Of a stretch of DNA of 27,930 nt, positions 8,498-16,741 are shown one piece after another. Location of the stretch: the NCBI GenBank assembly GCA_937888665.1, contig CALBET010000175.1:1-27930 (forward strand), in the 5' to 3' direction. The notes under the pieces were generated by a model. The model saw nothing but the letters and a program-made list of their open reading frames with translations, ran no database searches and was not told the origin of the DNA. The DNA comes from an uncultured Acidobacteriota bacterium. Its GTDB lineage: Bacteria > Acidobacteriota > Vicinamibacteria > Vicinamibacterales > UBA8438. The position numbers were made by a program, and so were the translations under genes. The first letter of the stretch is position 1; each line of letters opens with the position of its first letter.

Positions 8498-8655
8498 CAG
8501 TCCTTGGTGAAATTCCCGCGTTGCACGGAGACCGACGCTGGTTCGGTCGAGCAAGGCGAGAAGAGGGAAAATACCGGCAATATTTGACCGGTGAACAACG
8601 CGGATCGGCCGGATTCAGCGACGGTCGAATGCAGCGGGACTTTTGCCACGGGCTG
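8498..8655. mobile_element. MITE-like element B (158 bp)
   Basis: Imperfect TIRs CAGTCCTTGGTGAAATTCCCGC and GCGGGACTTTTGCCACGGGCTG (17/22), TA one base outside each end, nested inner IR (8531-8550 vs 8605-8625), and the shared core at 8554-8589. Confidence 0.72.
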
Positions 8656-8660
8656 CTAGC

Positions 8661-9722
8661 CTACTGGCCGGCCAACTCGAGTTGGTCAAGCGAGAGGGGG
8701 TCGTCCACGGACAGCGCCACCTTTGTCACCGCCCCGATCACGCGTTGGATCTCGACCGGGGCAAGCCCGTCGCCCGGCGACTTGACCGCTATGTCATCCA
8801 CGGTCAGCGTCTGACCGGCCGGCACGTCGCGGGCCGCGACCAGCTTCTTGCCCATCTTCAGCACCGGCCCGGCCTCACTCGGAAAGACGACCTTCGTCCC
8901 GTCGCCCATGCTCCGTCGGGCTCGCTCGAGGTCGCGGGTCATCTTGCGCATGCCGACCGGTTCAAGCGAGAAGACGTTGTCGGTTCCCTTCATCGCCCGG
9001 TTCAGCGTGAAGTGCTTCTCGATGACCCGCGCGCCCAGCACATAGGACACGACCGGCATCGCAATGCCGTTGTCGTGCCCCGAGTAGCCAATCACGATGT
9101 CTGGGAATCGCTGACGATAGGTGTCGATGACCCGCAGGTTGAGCTCGTCGAACTCCACCGGATAGCCGCAGGTGCACTGCATGATGCAGAGTTGCGTGTT
9201 GATGGCCATCACCGTCTCGTAGGCGCGTTCGACGTCTTCCATGGTCCCGCCGCCGGTGCTCACGATGATCGGTTTCCCGAACGCGGCCACGTGCGCCAAC
9301 AGCGGTAGGTTCCGCAGGTCGCCCGAGGCGATCTTGTAGGCGGGCATGTCCAGCGCCTCGAGAAAGTCGGCACTGAGTACGTCGAACGCGGTGGCAAAGA
9401 AATCCAACCCCAGTTCGGCGGCATACGCCTTCAGTTCGACATACTCCTCGTTGCCGAATTCGAGCGCCTCGCGATGTTCGCCGTAGGTCGCGCCGAAACT
9501 GTTCTCGTTCTCGTACGGCTTGTCGAAGGCGGTCTGGGTAAAGAGGGTCCGATTGTCCCGCTTCTGCAGCTTCACCGCGCTCACCCCGCAGGACTGCGCC
9601 TGGCGGAACATCTCTTTCGCCGTCTCGAGGTTGCCTTGGTGGTTATGCCCGACCTCCGCAATGACGTAGGCAGGGTTGTCGTCGCTGACGACGTGCCCTC
9701 CCAGCTTCAATTCGCGTGACAT
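8661..9722 (-). CDS. neuB: NeuB-family nonulosonate synthase with C-terminal SAF/antifreeze-like domain; 9-phosphate (NANS/Kdn9P-synthase-like) type
   Basis: IAEVGHNHQG, VKLQK, TYGEH, YKIASGD, IVSTGG, IGYSGH, IEKHFTL, SLEP. GGAGGAGG SD supports the ATG at 9722 (MSRELK). Confidence 0.93.
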   Translation of the reverse strand: MSRELKLGGHVVSDDNPAYVIAEVGHNHQGNLETAKEMFRQAQSCGVSAVKLQKRDNRTLFTQTAFDKPYENENSFGATYGEHREALEFGNEEYVELKAYAAELGLDFFATAFDVLSADFLEALDMPAYKIASGDLRNLPLLAHVAAFGKPIIVSTGGGTMEDVERAYETVMAINTQLCIMQCTCGYPVEFDELNLRVIDTYRQRFPDIVIGYSGHDNGIAMPVVSYVLGARVIEKHFTLNRAMKGTDNVFSLEPVGMRKMTRDLERARRSMGDGTKVVFPSEAGPVLKMGKKLVAARDVPAGQTLTVDDIAVKSPGDGLAPVEIQRVIGAVTKVALSVDDPLSLDQLELAGQ

Positions 9723-9765
9723 CGTCCGGTCCTCCTCCACGAGGTAAATGAAGAACTGTGGGCGG

Positions 9766-10716
9766 CTAGCCGCGTATGCGGGACACCAGCGCGTCCCAGC
9801 CCAGTGCGCCGGATGCGGTCGCCCGCGCGCTGTCGGCGATCGACTGCAGTGTGTCCGGCTCCGTCGGTAGTGCCTCGCACCGGTGGATGTCGATCACGTT
9901 GTGCATGTGGTCGAAGACCCCGGGCGAGTGCTCGTCGAAATTGGTGAGCACCACCGACCCGCAGTCCATGGCGGCATTGACGGTGGTGTTGTTGGCCCGC
10001 ACCCCTTTGTCGAAGAAGGCGGCGAAGAACGTCGTGTCGATCAAATAGTTGTACACCGCCGTGTCAGACATGTACCCCAGAAAATAAATATGCTCGCCGT
10101 AGATCTCCCGCAACTCGTCGAAGACCACCGTGAACCGCTCATCAAACGCGGTGCCCTCATGCAACGCCGTGGAGAGATAGACGGAATACGGCCGGCCCGT
10201 CTGCTCCAGCAGCGCGTGCACCGTCCGGTGCAGCTCCGACCGCACCTTGTGCGCCATCCCGAACGCGAACACGGAGAGCCCCTCCAACCGGAAGCGCTGC
10301 GGCTCGAGCAAGGTCGATGGGCACCAGGAGTCCTGTACGTCTGGACGCTGCACCCGCAGCTCGGCGACGAGCTCGGCGTTGCCGCAATACACTGTCGCGG
10401 CCCGAGACAGCAGCGACCGCTCCACATCCGTGTCGGTCCACGCGTGCAGAAACAGACTGAACCCGCCACGCCACGACGCCGTGCCGAGCAATGACACCAG
10501 TGCGGCGCTGTCAGTGTCGGAAAACTCGGACTGCTTGAGCGATAGCACGGGATGCGCCATCAACGCGGCCCGGTCGTCGAACACGCTGAGCATCGGCACC
10601 TCCAGATGACGCGCAAGCAGCAGGTTGAACTTTGCCACTCCGCAGGTCAGGGGATTGAGGTGATATCCGAGCACGCCGTCGGCGCGCCCGGTTCCGACGG
10701 CGGGCTGCTCGCTCAC
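9766..10716 (-). CDS. Short, atypical GT-B-like protein (putative glycosyltransferase)
   Basis: CGVAKFN, AFGMAHK, YFLGYMSD and GVRANNTTVNAAMDCG resemble a GT4-like C-terminal domain. The GTG start at 10716 overlaps the upstream TGA (GTGA). Confidence 0.55.
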   Translation of the reverse strand: MSEQPAVGTGRADGVLGYHLNPLTCGVAKFNLLLARHLEVPMLSVFDDRAALMAHPVLSLKQSEFSDTDSAALVSLLGTASWRGGFSLFLHAWTDTDVERSLLSRAATVYCGNAELVAELRVQRPDVQDSWCPSTLLEPQRFRLEGLSVFAFGMAHKVRSELHRTVHALLEQTGRPYSVYLSTALHEGTAFDERFTVVFDELREIYGEHIYFLGYMSDTAVYNYLIDTTFFAAFFDKGVRANNTTVNAAMDCGSVVLTNFDEHSPGVFDHMHNVIDIHRCEALPTEPDTLQSIADSARATASGALGWDALVSRIRG

Positions 10717-11831
10717 GCTGCCGGCCCCGGTTTCTCGTATACGAGTACCCGGCCCTTGCCCATCCAGTCGATGGTCGACTCCAAGTCGAGCCGCCGCCGT
10801 AACCCCTCGAGCACAAACATCACTCGAAGGAAGTCCTTGTTGAGCAGCGTGATGTGCGAGGGATCGACCTCGAACTGAGTCGTCACGTCGAGCAACCCAG
10901 CGGGGTCCGGGTGAAACCGCGTCGTGACATAGACGTAGCGCGAGGTGACCCGGCACAAGTTGCGCACGGTGTCCCGTACCTGGAGCACAGTCAAGTGCTC
11001 CATCACCTCACGGCAGATGACGAGGTCGTAGGAATTGTCGGCAAACAGACCCGGGTCCGCCGTGGTGCCGGTCTTGATCCGCTCCTTGACCTCGGGCGGC
11101 GCCAGCTCCCTGCAGCTCGGGCTGAAGTCGACACCGTCAGCCACGATGCCTTGTTCCTGCAGCAGGAATAGCAGCATGCCGGGACCGCACCCCACGTCCA
11201 GCACGCGTGTCGGTTGAAATGTCTCCTTGATGACGGCCGGATGGCGTCCCTCGATTCTACGTCGCGCCTCGATCGTGTAGTCGTTGTTTTCCTCGCGCCA
11301 GTCGCTCACGAAATACTCGGCGTCGTAGTGGCCCGACTCCACCGGTCGCTGGTCCGCGACGAGCTGTTCGAACACGCTGACCTCTCCCTCGCCGTCGGGT
11401 GAGGGCGGGCGGTATCTGCGTAACCGTGCCGACGACGAATCGAGCAGGGTGTCCAGCAGGACGATTTCGATGCCCAGTTCCGAACAGACCCGCTCCTGCT
11501 CGGGCGGAAGACACCCCGCCCAATCCTTCCCCTTGATGAAGTGGGTAGGACGCAGTTCGCGCAGCACCGTTTCGGTCTCTGAGTGACTGACGTGGGTGTA
11601 GTCGATATCGGCGAGCGCGTCGATGACCTGGGCGCGCCGAGACGATTCGAGCAGCACCGGATGCTTCGTCGAGACATAGCTGTCTGGGGCAATGTTGCAC
11701 AACAGCTTCGTCCCCAGCGCGCGCGCCGCGCGAAAGTAGGCGATGTGGCCGTGATGGAGCGGGTCGAACGCGCCGTCGACCATGGCCACGCGGCCGTGAT
11801 AGTTCTTCAGTTCATCTGTTGTCAGAATCAT
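10713..11831 (-). CDS. Fusion: HxGH nucleotidyltransferase (RfaE/TagD cytidylyltransferase-like) + class I SAM-dependent methyltransferase
   Basis: N-terminal DGAFDPLHHGH, IKGKDW, DSSSARL; C-terminal VLDVGCGPG, GVDFS, DLVICREVMEHL. Start moved to the ATG at 11831 (MILTTDEL). Confidence 0.85.
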   Translation of the reverse strand: MILTTDELKNYHGRVAMVDGAFDPLHHGHIAYFRAARALGTKLLCNIAPDSYVSTKHPVLLESSRRAQVIDALADIDYTHVSHSETETVLRELRPTHFIKGKDWAGCLPPEQERVCSELGIEIVLLDTLLDSSSARLRRYRPPSPDGEGEVSVFEQLVADQRPVESGHYDAEYFVSDWREENNDYTIEARRRIEGRHPAVIKETFQPTRVLDVGCGPGMLLFLLQEQGIVADGVDFSPSCRELAPPEVKERIKTGTTADPGLFADNSYDLVICREVMEHLTVLQVRDTVRNLCRVTSRYVYVTTRFHPDPAGLLDVTTQFEVDPSHITLLNKDFLRVMFVLEGLRRRLDLESTIDWMGKGRVLVYEKPGPAA

Positions 11832-11871
11832 ACGCAGTGCTGGTTCAGTGTCAGAGTGAGTGATGCCAGTG

Positions 11872-14082
11872 TCACGACGTCGACGATGCCGGGATGACGG
11901 GGACGATCGGTGTCTCGATGTCCCGACCCAGGGTATCGAACAGCATCTCGACCATCGCAAGCTCCCGCACATCGAGTGTGACGAGTGGGGCTCCGAGGCG
12001 GCGGGACAGTCGCCGAGACACGTCCAGATGGGTCGAAACGAGCTCGGCTTCATCCGAAAAGAGTCCGATGGACGGTACCCCATAGAAGGGCCCCAGATAC
12101 GACAGCCCTCCGTAGGTGCCGACGAAGGCCCGCGCATGGGCGATGACAGCGCTCTGCACCTCCAGATTCGTCGTCGGCGTCATCAGATGGTCGAGCTTGT
12201 GCACACCCATCCCGGTCCCGGGGTCGAAGTCTTCGTGGTCGTCCAGGCTGAGACCAGGGTTCAGCAAGACGACCGGCGTCCGCCGCGCGAGCGCGCGGAT
12301 GAGCCGAGCAATAAGGGTGCGATTCTCCGGCGTATCGGGGAAGGAGGGCCGGAAGTAGAACCGGACCGCCACATATTCCTTGGGTAGCGTCTTGAGCATG
12401 GACGCAGCATCCATCGCCGGCATCCGCCTGTAGACCGCATGCTTCTGTAGCAGGCTGATCGCGCCCTTCTCGTACCAGTAATATCGCAGCAGGCGATACA
12501 TGACGGCGGGGTGCAAAACCGTGACGTCGTTCAACCCCTGCCGTGCCTTCACCAACTCGACGATCCGATCGTCGAAGTCACCGACGGCCATCTGCTTCTG
12601 ATTGCCGCCGTCCTGCCAGCGAGACTCGTTGCGCCGCCTGAATTGTTTCACCGACATCAGATCGAAGATATCGACGTAGTGACCCGCCAGGTCCCGATAC
12701 CATGCACGAGCGCCGCCCCGGGAGACGACGACCAGCCGGTCCGAACTCAGCTCGAACTCCTTGACAGCCCAGGTCAGAAACGGAATCCAGTAGAGCACCT
12801 CGAAACCCACTTCCGACAACCAGGGACCGACGATGATCGGCTTGCCACTCTGCGCCACCCGGCGCAGCTCCCGTCGCATCAAGCCCACCTCCCGCCCAGC
12901 CGGCACCTCTTCGATCTCCTGTCGGACGAGCCACGGTATGATGCGACTCTGCATGAGCGGCAGCGACCGCACCGCTCGCAAGAAAAACCGCCCAGGAGGC
13001 GCAATCGCCTCGCTGGCTGCCTTACCGGCCTTGCGTCTAGTGCGCTGCACGAGTTTCTGTCTCCTCTCGGCATTGCCGAACCACTTGTGCCATCGCGCCC
13101 TGAGGCGGCCGATGGTTGACCGCCGCCTGAACCCGCGATAGTACCCCCGCGCGCGGAGGTAGATCGGCTTCAGAAACGTGGCGTGCTCGAAAAGGTCCAA
13201 TCGTAGCTGCCTCAATTCCTGCCGAAGGTGCAGCCGTCCGGCCAAACGGAGGTAGCGCCCCCCGAGCCGAAGCCCGGCCCAACGGCTGATGCCGGGCGAC
13301 CGCTCGCCACGCACCCCGAGCGTCCACGTGAGCACGGTCGCATGGCTGATCCACCATGGAACGAAGGAGTAAAAGGGCCGGCCGTTCGGAAAGAAGGCGA
13401 GTCGCTGGCGGTGCAAACTGAAGATCGGCCCATACCAACGCCGGAACCAGAGAATGTCCGGTACTTGTCGGAACTGTCCCTCCAGTGCCAACTCCATCAA
13501 CAGCAGGCGGTCCGGCACCAGGACGTGACGAAACACCCCGGCACGCCTGATGGCGCCGACGCGCCCGAGCCCGTAGATCATATTCCCGGCCGACATGTGG
13601 CGCATCGTCCGCCGGAACCGGGCGCGTCGATCGTCCACCCCGGCCGTGGCGAACTCCCACGGGCGCTTGTCGTTCATCACCCCGTCCGGTCCGATTCGCC
13701 GGTTTCGCGGGTACGCCAGTACCGCCTCCGGATGCGCATCCAGCTCCGCCACCAGAGTGGCCAGCCAGTGAGGGTGCCAGATATCGTGGTCGCTGGCCCA
13801 GGCGAAGTACTCGGCATCCGGTGCGTCCTCGAGCGCGACTTCGAAGGCGAGACGCCAGTTGTCGATCATCCCCAACCGGCTCGGGTTCCTGGTGTAGACG
13901 ACCCGAGGGTCTCGTGCCGCGTAGCGCAGGACGATCTCTCCCGTCGCGTCCGTCGATTGGTCGTCCACACATACCAATCGAAAATCTCGATACGACTGGA
14001 TGAGCAACGACTCGAGCGTCTCCAGAAGATCGTCGGCGTGGTTGTACATCGGAGCGCCGATGACGACCCGCGGTCCGCTCAT
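11872..14082 (-). CDS. GT2 glycosyltransferase fused to an unnamed C-terminal domain ('GPWLSEVGFE' domain)
   Basis: N-terminal GAPMYN, VCVDDQSTD, RLGMIDNW, FAWASDHD (GT-A); C-terminal domain paralogous to the C-terminus of 16738-19461. The ATG at 14082 overlaps the upstream TGA (TGATG). Confidence 0.85.
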   Translation of the reverse strand: MSGPRVVIGAPMYNHADDLLETLESLLIQSYRDFRLVCVDDQSTDATGEIVLRYAARDPRVVYTRNPSRLGMIDNWRLAFEVALEDAPDAEYFAWASDHDIWHPHWLATLVAELDAHPEAVLAYPRNRRIGPDGVMNDKRPWEFATAGVDDRRARFRRTMRHMSAGNMIYGLGRVGAIRRAGVFRHVLVPDRLLLMELALEGQFRQVPDILWFRRWYGPIFSLHRQRLAFFPNGRPFYSFVPWWISHATVLTWTLGVRGERSPGISRWAGLRLGGRYLRLAGRLHLRQELRQLRLDLFEHATFLKPIYLRARGYYRGFRRRSTIGRLRARWHKWFGNAERRQKLVQRTRRKAGKAASEAIAPPGRFFLRAVRSLPLMQSRIIPWLVRQEIEEVPAGREVGLMRRELRRVAQSGKPIIVGPWLSEVGFEVLYWIPFLTWAVKEFELSSDRLVVVSRGGARAWYRDLAGHYVDIFDLMSVKQFRRRNESRWQDGGNQKQMAVGDFDDRIVELVKARQGLNDVTVLHPAVMYRLLRYYWYEKGAISLLQKHAVYRRMPAMDAASMLKTLPKEYVAVRFYFRPSFPDTPENRTLIARLIRALARRTPVVLLNPGLSLDDHEDFDPGTGMGVHKLDHLMTPTTNLEVQSAVIAHARAFVGTYGGLSYLGPFYGVPSIGLFSDEAELVSTHLDVSRRLSRRLGAPLVTLDVRELAMVEMLFDTLGRDIETPIVPVIPASSTS

Positions 14083-15170
14083 CAAGCGAGTTCCGACTCG
14101 AACACACGACGCCATCCCACTACATGCTTGTACCCACTGTCCTTTGGGGTGGGGTCGGCGTCCAGCATCTTGGTGTAGCTAACCGGCAGCACGTCGATCC
14201 CGTGCGGCCAGTAGTACTGCCCGATAATCGAGCGAACGTTGCTCAGTTCCTGATTGTGATGCGACCGGTCCCGGTTGAGGCTATAGAGGTAGGGGCACTC
14301 CAGTTCAAATGCGTGACGGACGTATCCCTCGACCTGCTGGGTCGTCATCTCCTGAAAAGACACCATGTTAATCATCAGATCGACCTGCTCTGGACGAGCC
14401 GCGGCGTGAAACGTGTCAGGGAGGAAGATGAAGTCGAGATCCCGCCAGTCGTTGAACGTCTCCTGCGGGGCGACTTCTCCGTAAAACCGCACTTTGGCGT
14501 CGGGAAAGGCCGCCATCAGATAGGTGGCCGAGAACAGGAACAACTCGGGGAAGTCCGTGATGACGTAGGTGACATTGGGGCACAGCTTCTTGAACTGGTA
14601 GGGGAACCCGCCCCACCCGGCGCCGATCTCCCACACGAGTTTCCGCTCAGTCGCTTGGCGCATCTCGCTGAGCACTGCCCCCATCCGCATGGCGATCAGC
14701 ACTTCGTAGAACTTCAAGGTGTCGATATTGACGAGGTCGCCCTCGATGTCGAACCCAAAACCTCCGAGGAGCGTCGCCTCGGGTACCCAGAGATCCGCGT
14801 CGTCTAGCGCACGCAGGGCCGCAAGCTTCTCGGTGAACCGTTCGCGCTGACGATTCAAACTCTGCCGGTAGTGATTGGCATGAAGCCCGGTGAGATTGTG
14901 GGTATGGTGGCGCAGCTTCTCGATGATCAGTGGCGACGCGTCGAGCATATACTCGAATTTGGCCAGTTCACCTGACCAGTAGTCGCTGGGCGCGTGACCG
15001 ATCAGTCGGCGGTTCCGCCCCAGCGCCATGAGACCAAGCACCTGTCGTCGGACCCGCAGGTAGGCCTGGTAGGCGGCCGCCGTGCGGCGGACGCGGAGCT
15101 GCGCGTCCCACGCGTCGGCCGCAGCGTGGGGAGTAGCCGACAACTCTTCGGTTGGGGTCTGCTCGCTCAT
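14082..15170 (-). CDS. Putative sugar O-methyltransferase (NanM-like family)
   Basis: VWEIGAGWGG, ITDFPELFLFSATYL and DLMINMVSFQEM match the NanM/Leptospira-type sugar O-methyltransferase pattern. The ATG at 15170 forms an ATGA overlap. Confidence 0.75.
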   Translation of the reverse strand: MSEQTPTEELSATPHAAADAWDAQLRVRRTAAAYQAYLRVRRQVLGLMALGRNRRLIGHAPSDYWSGELAKFEYMLDASPLIIEKLRHHTHNLTGLHANHYRQSLNRQRERFTEKLAALRALDDADLWVPEATLLGGFGFDIEGDLVNIDTLKFYEVLIAMRMGAVLSEMRQATERKLVWEIGAGWGGFPYQFKKLCPNVTYVITDFPELFLFSATYLMAAFPDAKVRFYGEVAPQETFNDWRDLDFIFLPDTFHAAARPEQVDLMINMVSFQEMTTQQVEGYVRHAFELECPYLYSLNRDRSHHNQELSNVRSIIGQYYWPHGIDVLPVSYTKMLDADPTPKDSGYKHVVGWRRVFESELA

Positions 15171-16741
15171 AGAACTGCACCACGTGAGCGGAAGCGCTTG
15201 CGGGCCTTCCCTAGGCGCTCGCGCCACTTCCAGAACTGCCAAGCCGCCATTGATAGTGATGCCACAGTGTTCGCAAACCGCTGCGCGCGGCGCGCGTCGA
15301 AAACCACCAGGAAAACCGCCAGGGTCCACAAGCCGGCTCGCAGCGGCCACAGGCGTACGGGAAGCACGTGGTCCGCCTCCGGGACGGTGCCGGCCAGTTG
15401 CTCAAGCGCCGCCACAAGTCGCGGCGTTGCCGCGACATCCAGCCCGTGAGGCCGCACGAACGTCTTCGTGAACGCGCGGGCCGACGGGGCCTGCCCTCCG
15501 TCTATGGTCGCCGAGAGCTGACGCGTGTGTTCCTTGAGGCTGGTCGCGCGCTGGAGGTGGCCTCCGTTCTCCGGCAGCAGATATCTGAAGTGCAGGGTGC
15601 CGGTCTGTGTCTCGTCGAATGATGAGTCGACAATGGTGAATACTGGCCGGTCTTGAATACCGGACTCGATCATGGCCGACGTGTTGATGCCGACGATGCC
15701 GGCACCGTGGTGCAACGTGTCGTAGTAATCGGCCCGATCGTCGTTGTCGACCGGATTCGCGCCACTCCTCGGATAGACCGCCACGTTGGCATAGCTCGAC
15801 AGATCCACCGATTCCCAATGCGCGCAATTGTATGGATGCGGGCGGATCAAGATGCCCAGCTCTTTTAACGAACCGGGCCCGCTACGCACCGCCTCGATCC
15901 AGCGTTTGACGAACCGCACCTCCGGTGAGGGTGCGGAAATCGAGGCCGTAGAACCGGTGAACACGACGAACGGACGGTCTGGGGACAGACCAACCCGTCG
16001 GCAGAAATCGTCGCGCGACCGACGTGGGGTCCGATCGAACCATCGGTCGAAGCACTGGGCCCCGGTCACGACGATCCGCTCGGCAACCGCACCGTGAAAA
16101 TCGAGTGCCTCCCGACGCTGATCGTGGTTCCACACAGCCACCAGGTCGGGCTGGATACGCATCAGCCCCTTCGTGGTCAGGTGATCCCAGGAGGCCACGC
16201 ACAAGGCGCTGCGCACCCCAACCCGCCGAGCGGCTTTGATGAGATCAACTTGGGGGCACTGATCGGTCACGAGCGGCGACACGACAAGCACGTCTGGGGC
16301 AATCCGTCGCAGATACGTTTCCAACGCCCTGCTGCTGGGCACCGCCCGCTCGCACGCCAACAGGACCCGCACGATGCGGGCGGTGCGCTCCGCGGTGGTC
16401 GTCGTCCACCGGCCCAGAAACCGGGTCAGTGGCGGCAGGACGGTGCGCATTCGATCCCGCAGATAGGATGAATGCTCGAACCGCGGGTGCAAATACCGCG
16501 CGTAGTCGATGGTACCCCGTATGCCGCGTGCCACGGGGTTCCAGATGTCTGGGCGCCGCGGCACCGCATCGAGCACCTCGACGTCACCGTCGATGCTCTC
16601 CAGCGCCGCCAGTCCTTCCGGTTGCTTGTGCGGCTGGTCGAAGGCCACCAACACCTGGTGCCCGCGTTGACTCAGCGCTTCGAGGGCCGAATCGAAGTAC
16701 CGCAGATAGCCCGGGTACTGCAGGACGAAGAGCACTCTCAC
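15167..16741 (-). CDS. GT-B-like protein ('WDNL/HP' type; TagF/KpsS-like superfamily), paralog 2
   Basis: SWDHLTTKG, VWNHDQ, TGAQCFDRWF, ILIRPHPYN, GINTSAMIESGI. The GTG start overlaps the upstream stop. Confidence 0.65.
   Translation of the reverse strand: MRVLFVLQYPGYLRYFDSALEALSQRGHQVLVAFDQPHKQPEGLAALESIDGDVEVLDAVPRRPDIWNPVARGIRGTIDYARYLHPRFEHSSYLRDRMRTVLPPLTRFLGRWTTTTAERTARIVRVLLACERAVPSSRALETYLRRIAPDVLVVSPLVTDQCPQVDLIKAARRVGVRSALCVASWDHLTTKGLMRIQPDLVAVWNHDQRREALDFHGAVAERIVVTGAQCFDRWFDRTPRRSRDDFCRRVGLSPDRPFVVFTGSTASISAPSPEVRFVKRWIEAVRSGPGSLKELGILIRPHPYNCAHWESVDLSSYANVAVYPRSGANPVDNDDRADYYDTLHHGAGIVGINTSAMIESGIQDRPVFTIVDSSFDETQTGTLHFRYLLPENGGHLQRATSLKEHTRQLSATIDGGQAPSARAFTKTFVRPHGLDVAATPRLVAALEQLAGTVPEADHVLPVRLWPLRAGLWTLAVFLVVFDARRAQRFANTVASLSMAAWQFWKWRERLGKARKRFRSRGAVL

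Noticed and set aside
10713-11831. Phosphonate or ADP-heptose pathway as the explanation for the NTase domain
   Set aside because: No PEP mutase, phosphonopyruvate decarboxylase, gmhA or heptose kinase in the window. Not excluded genome-wide.
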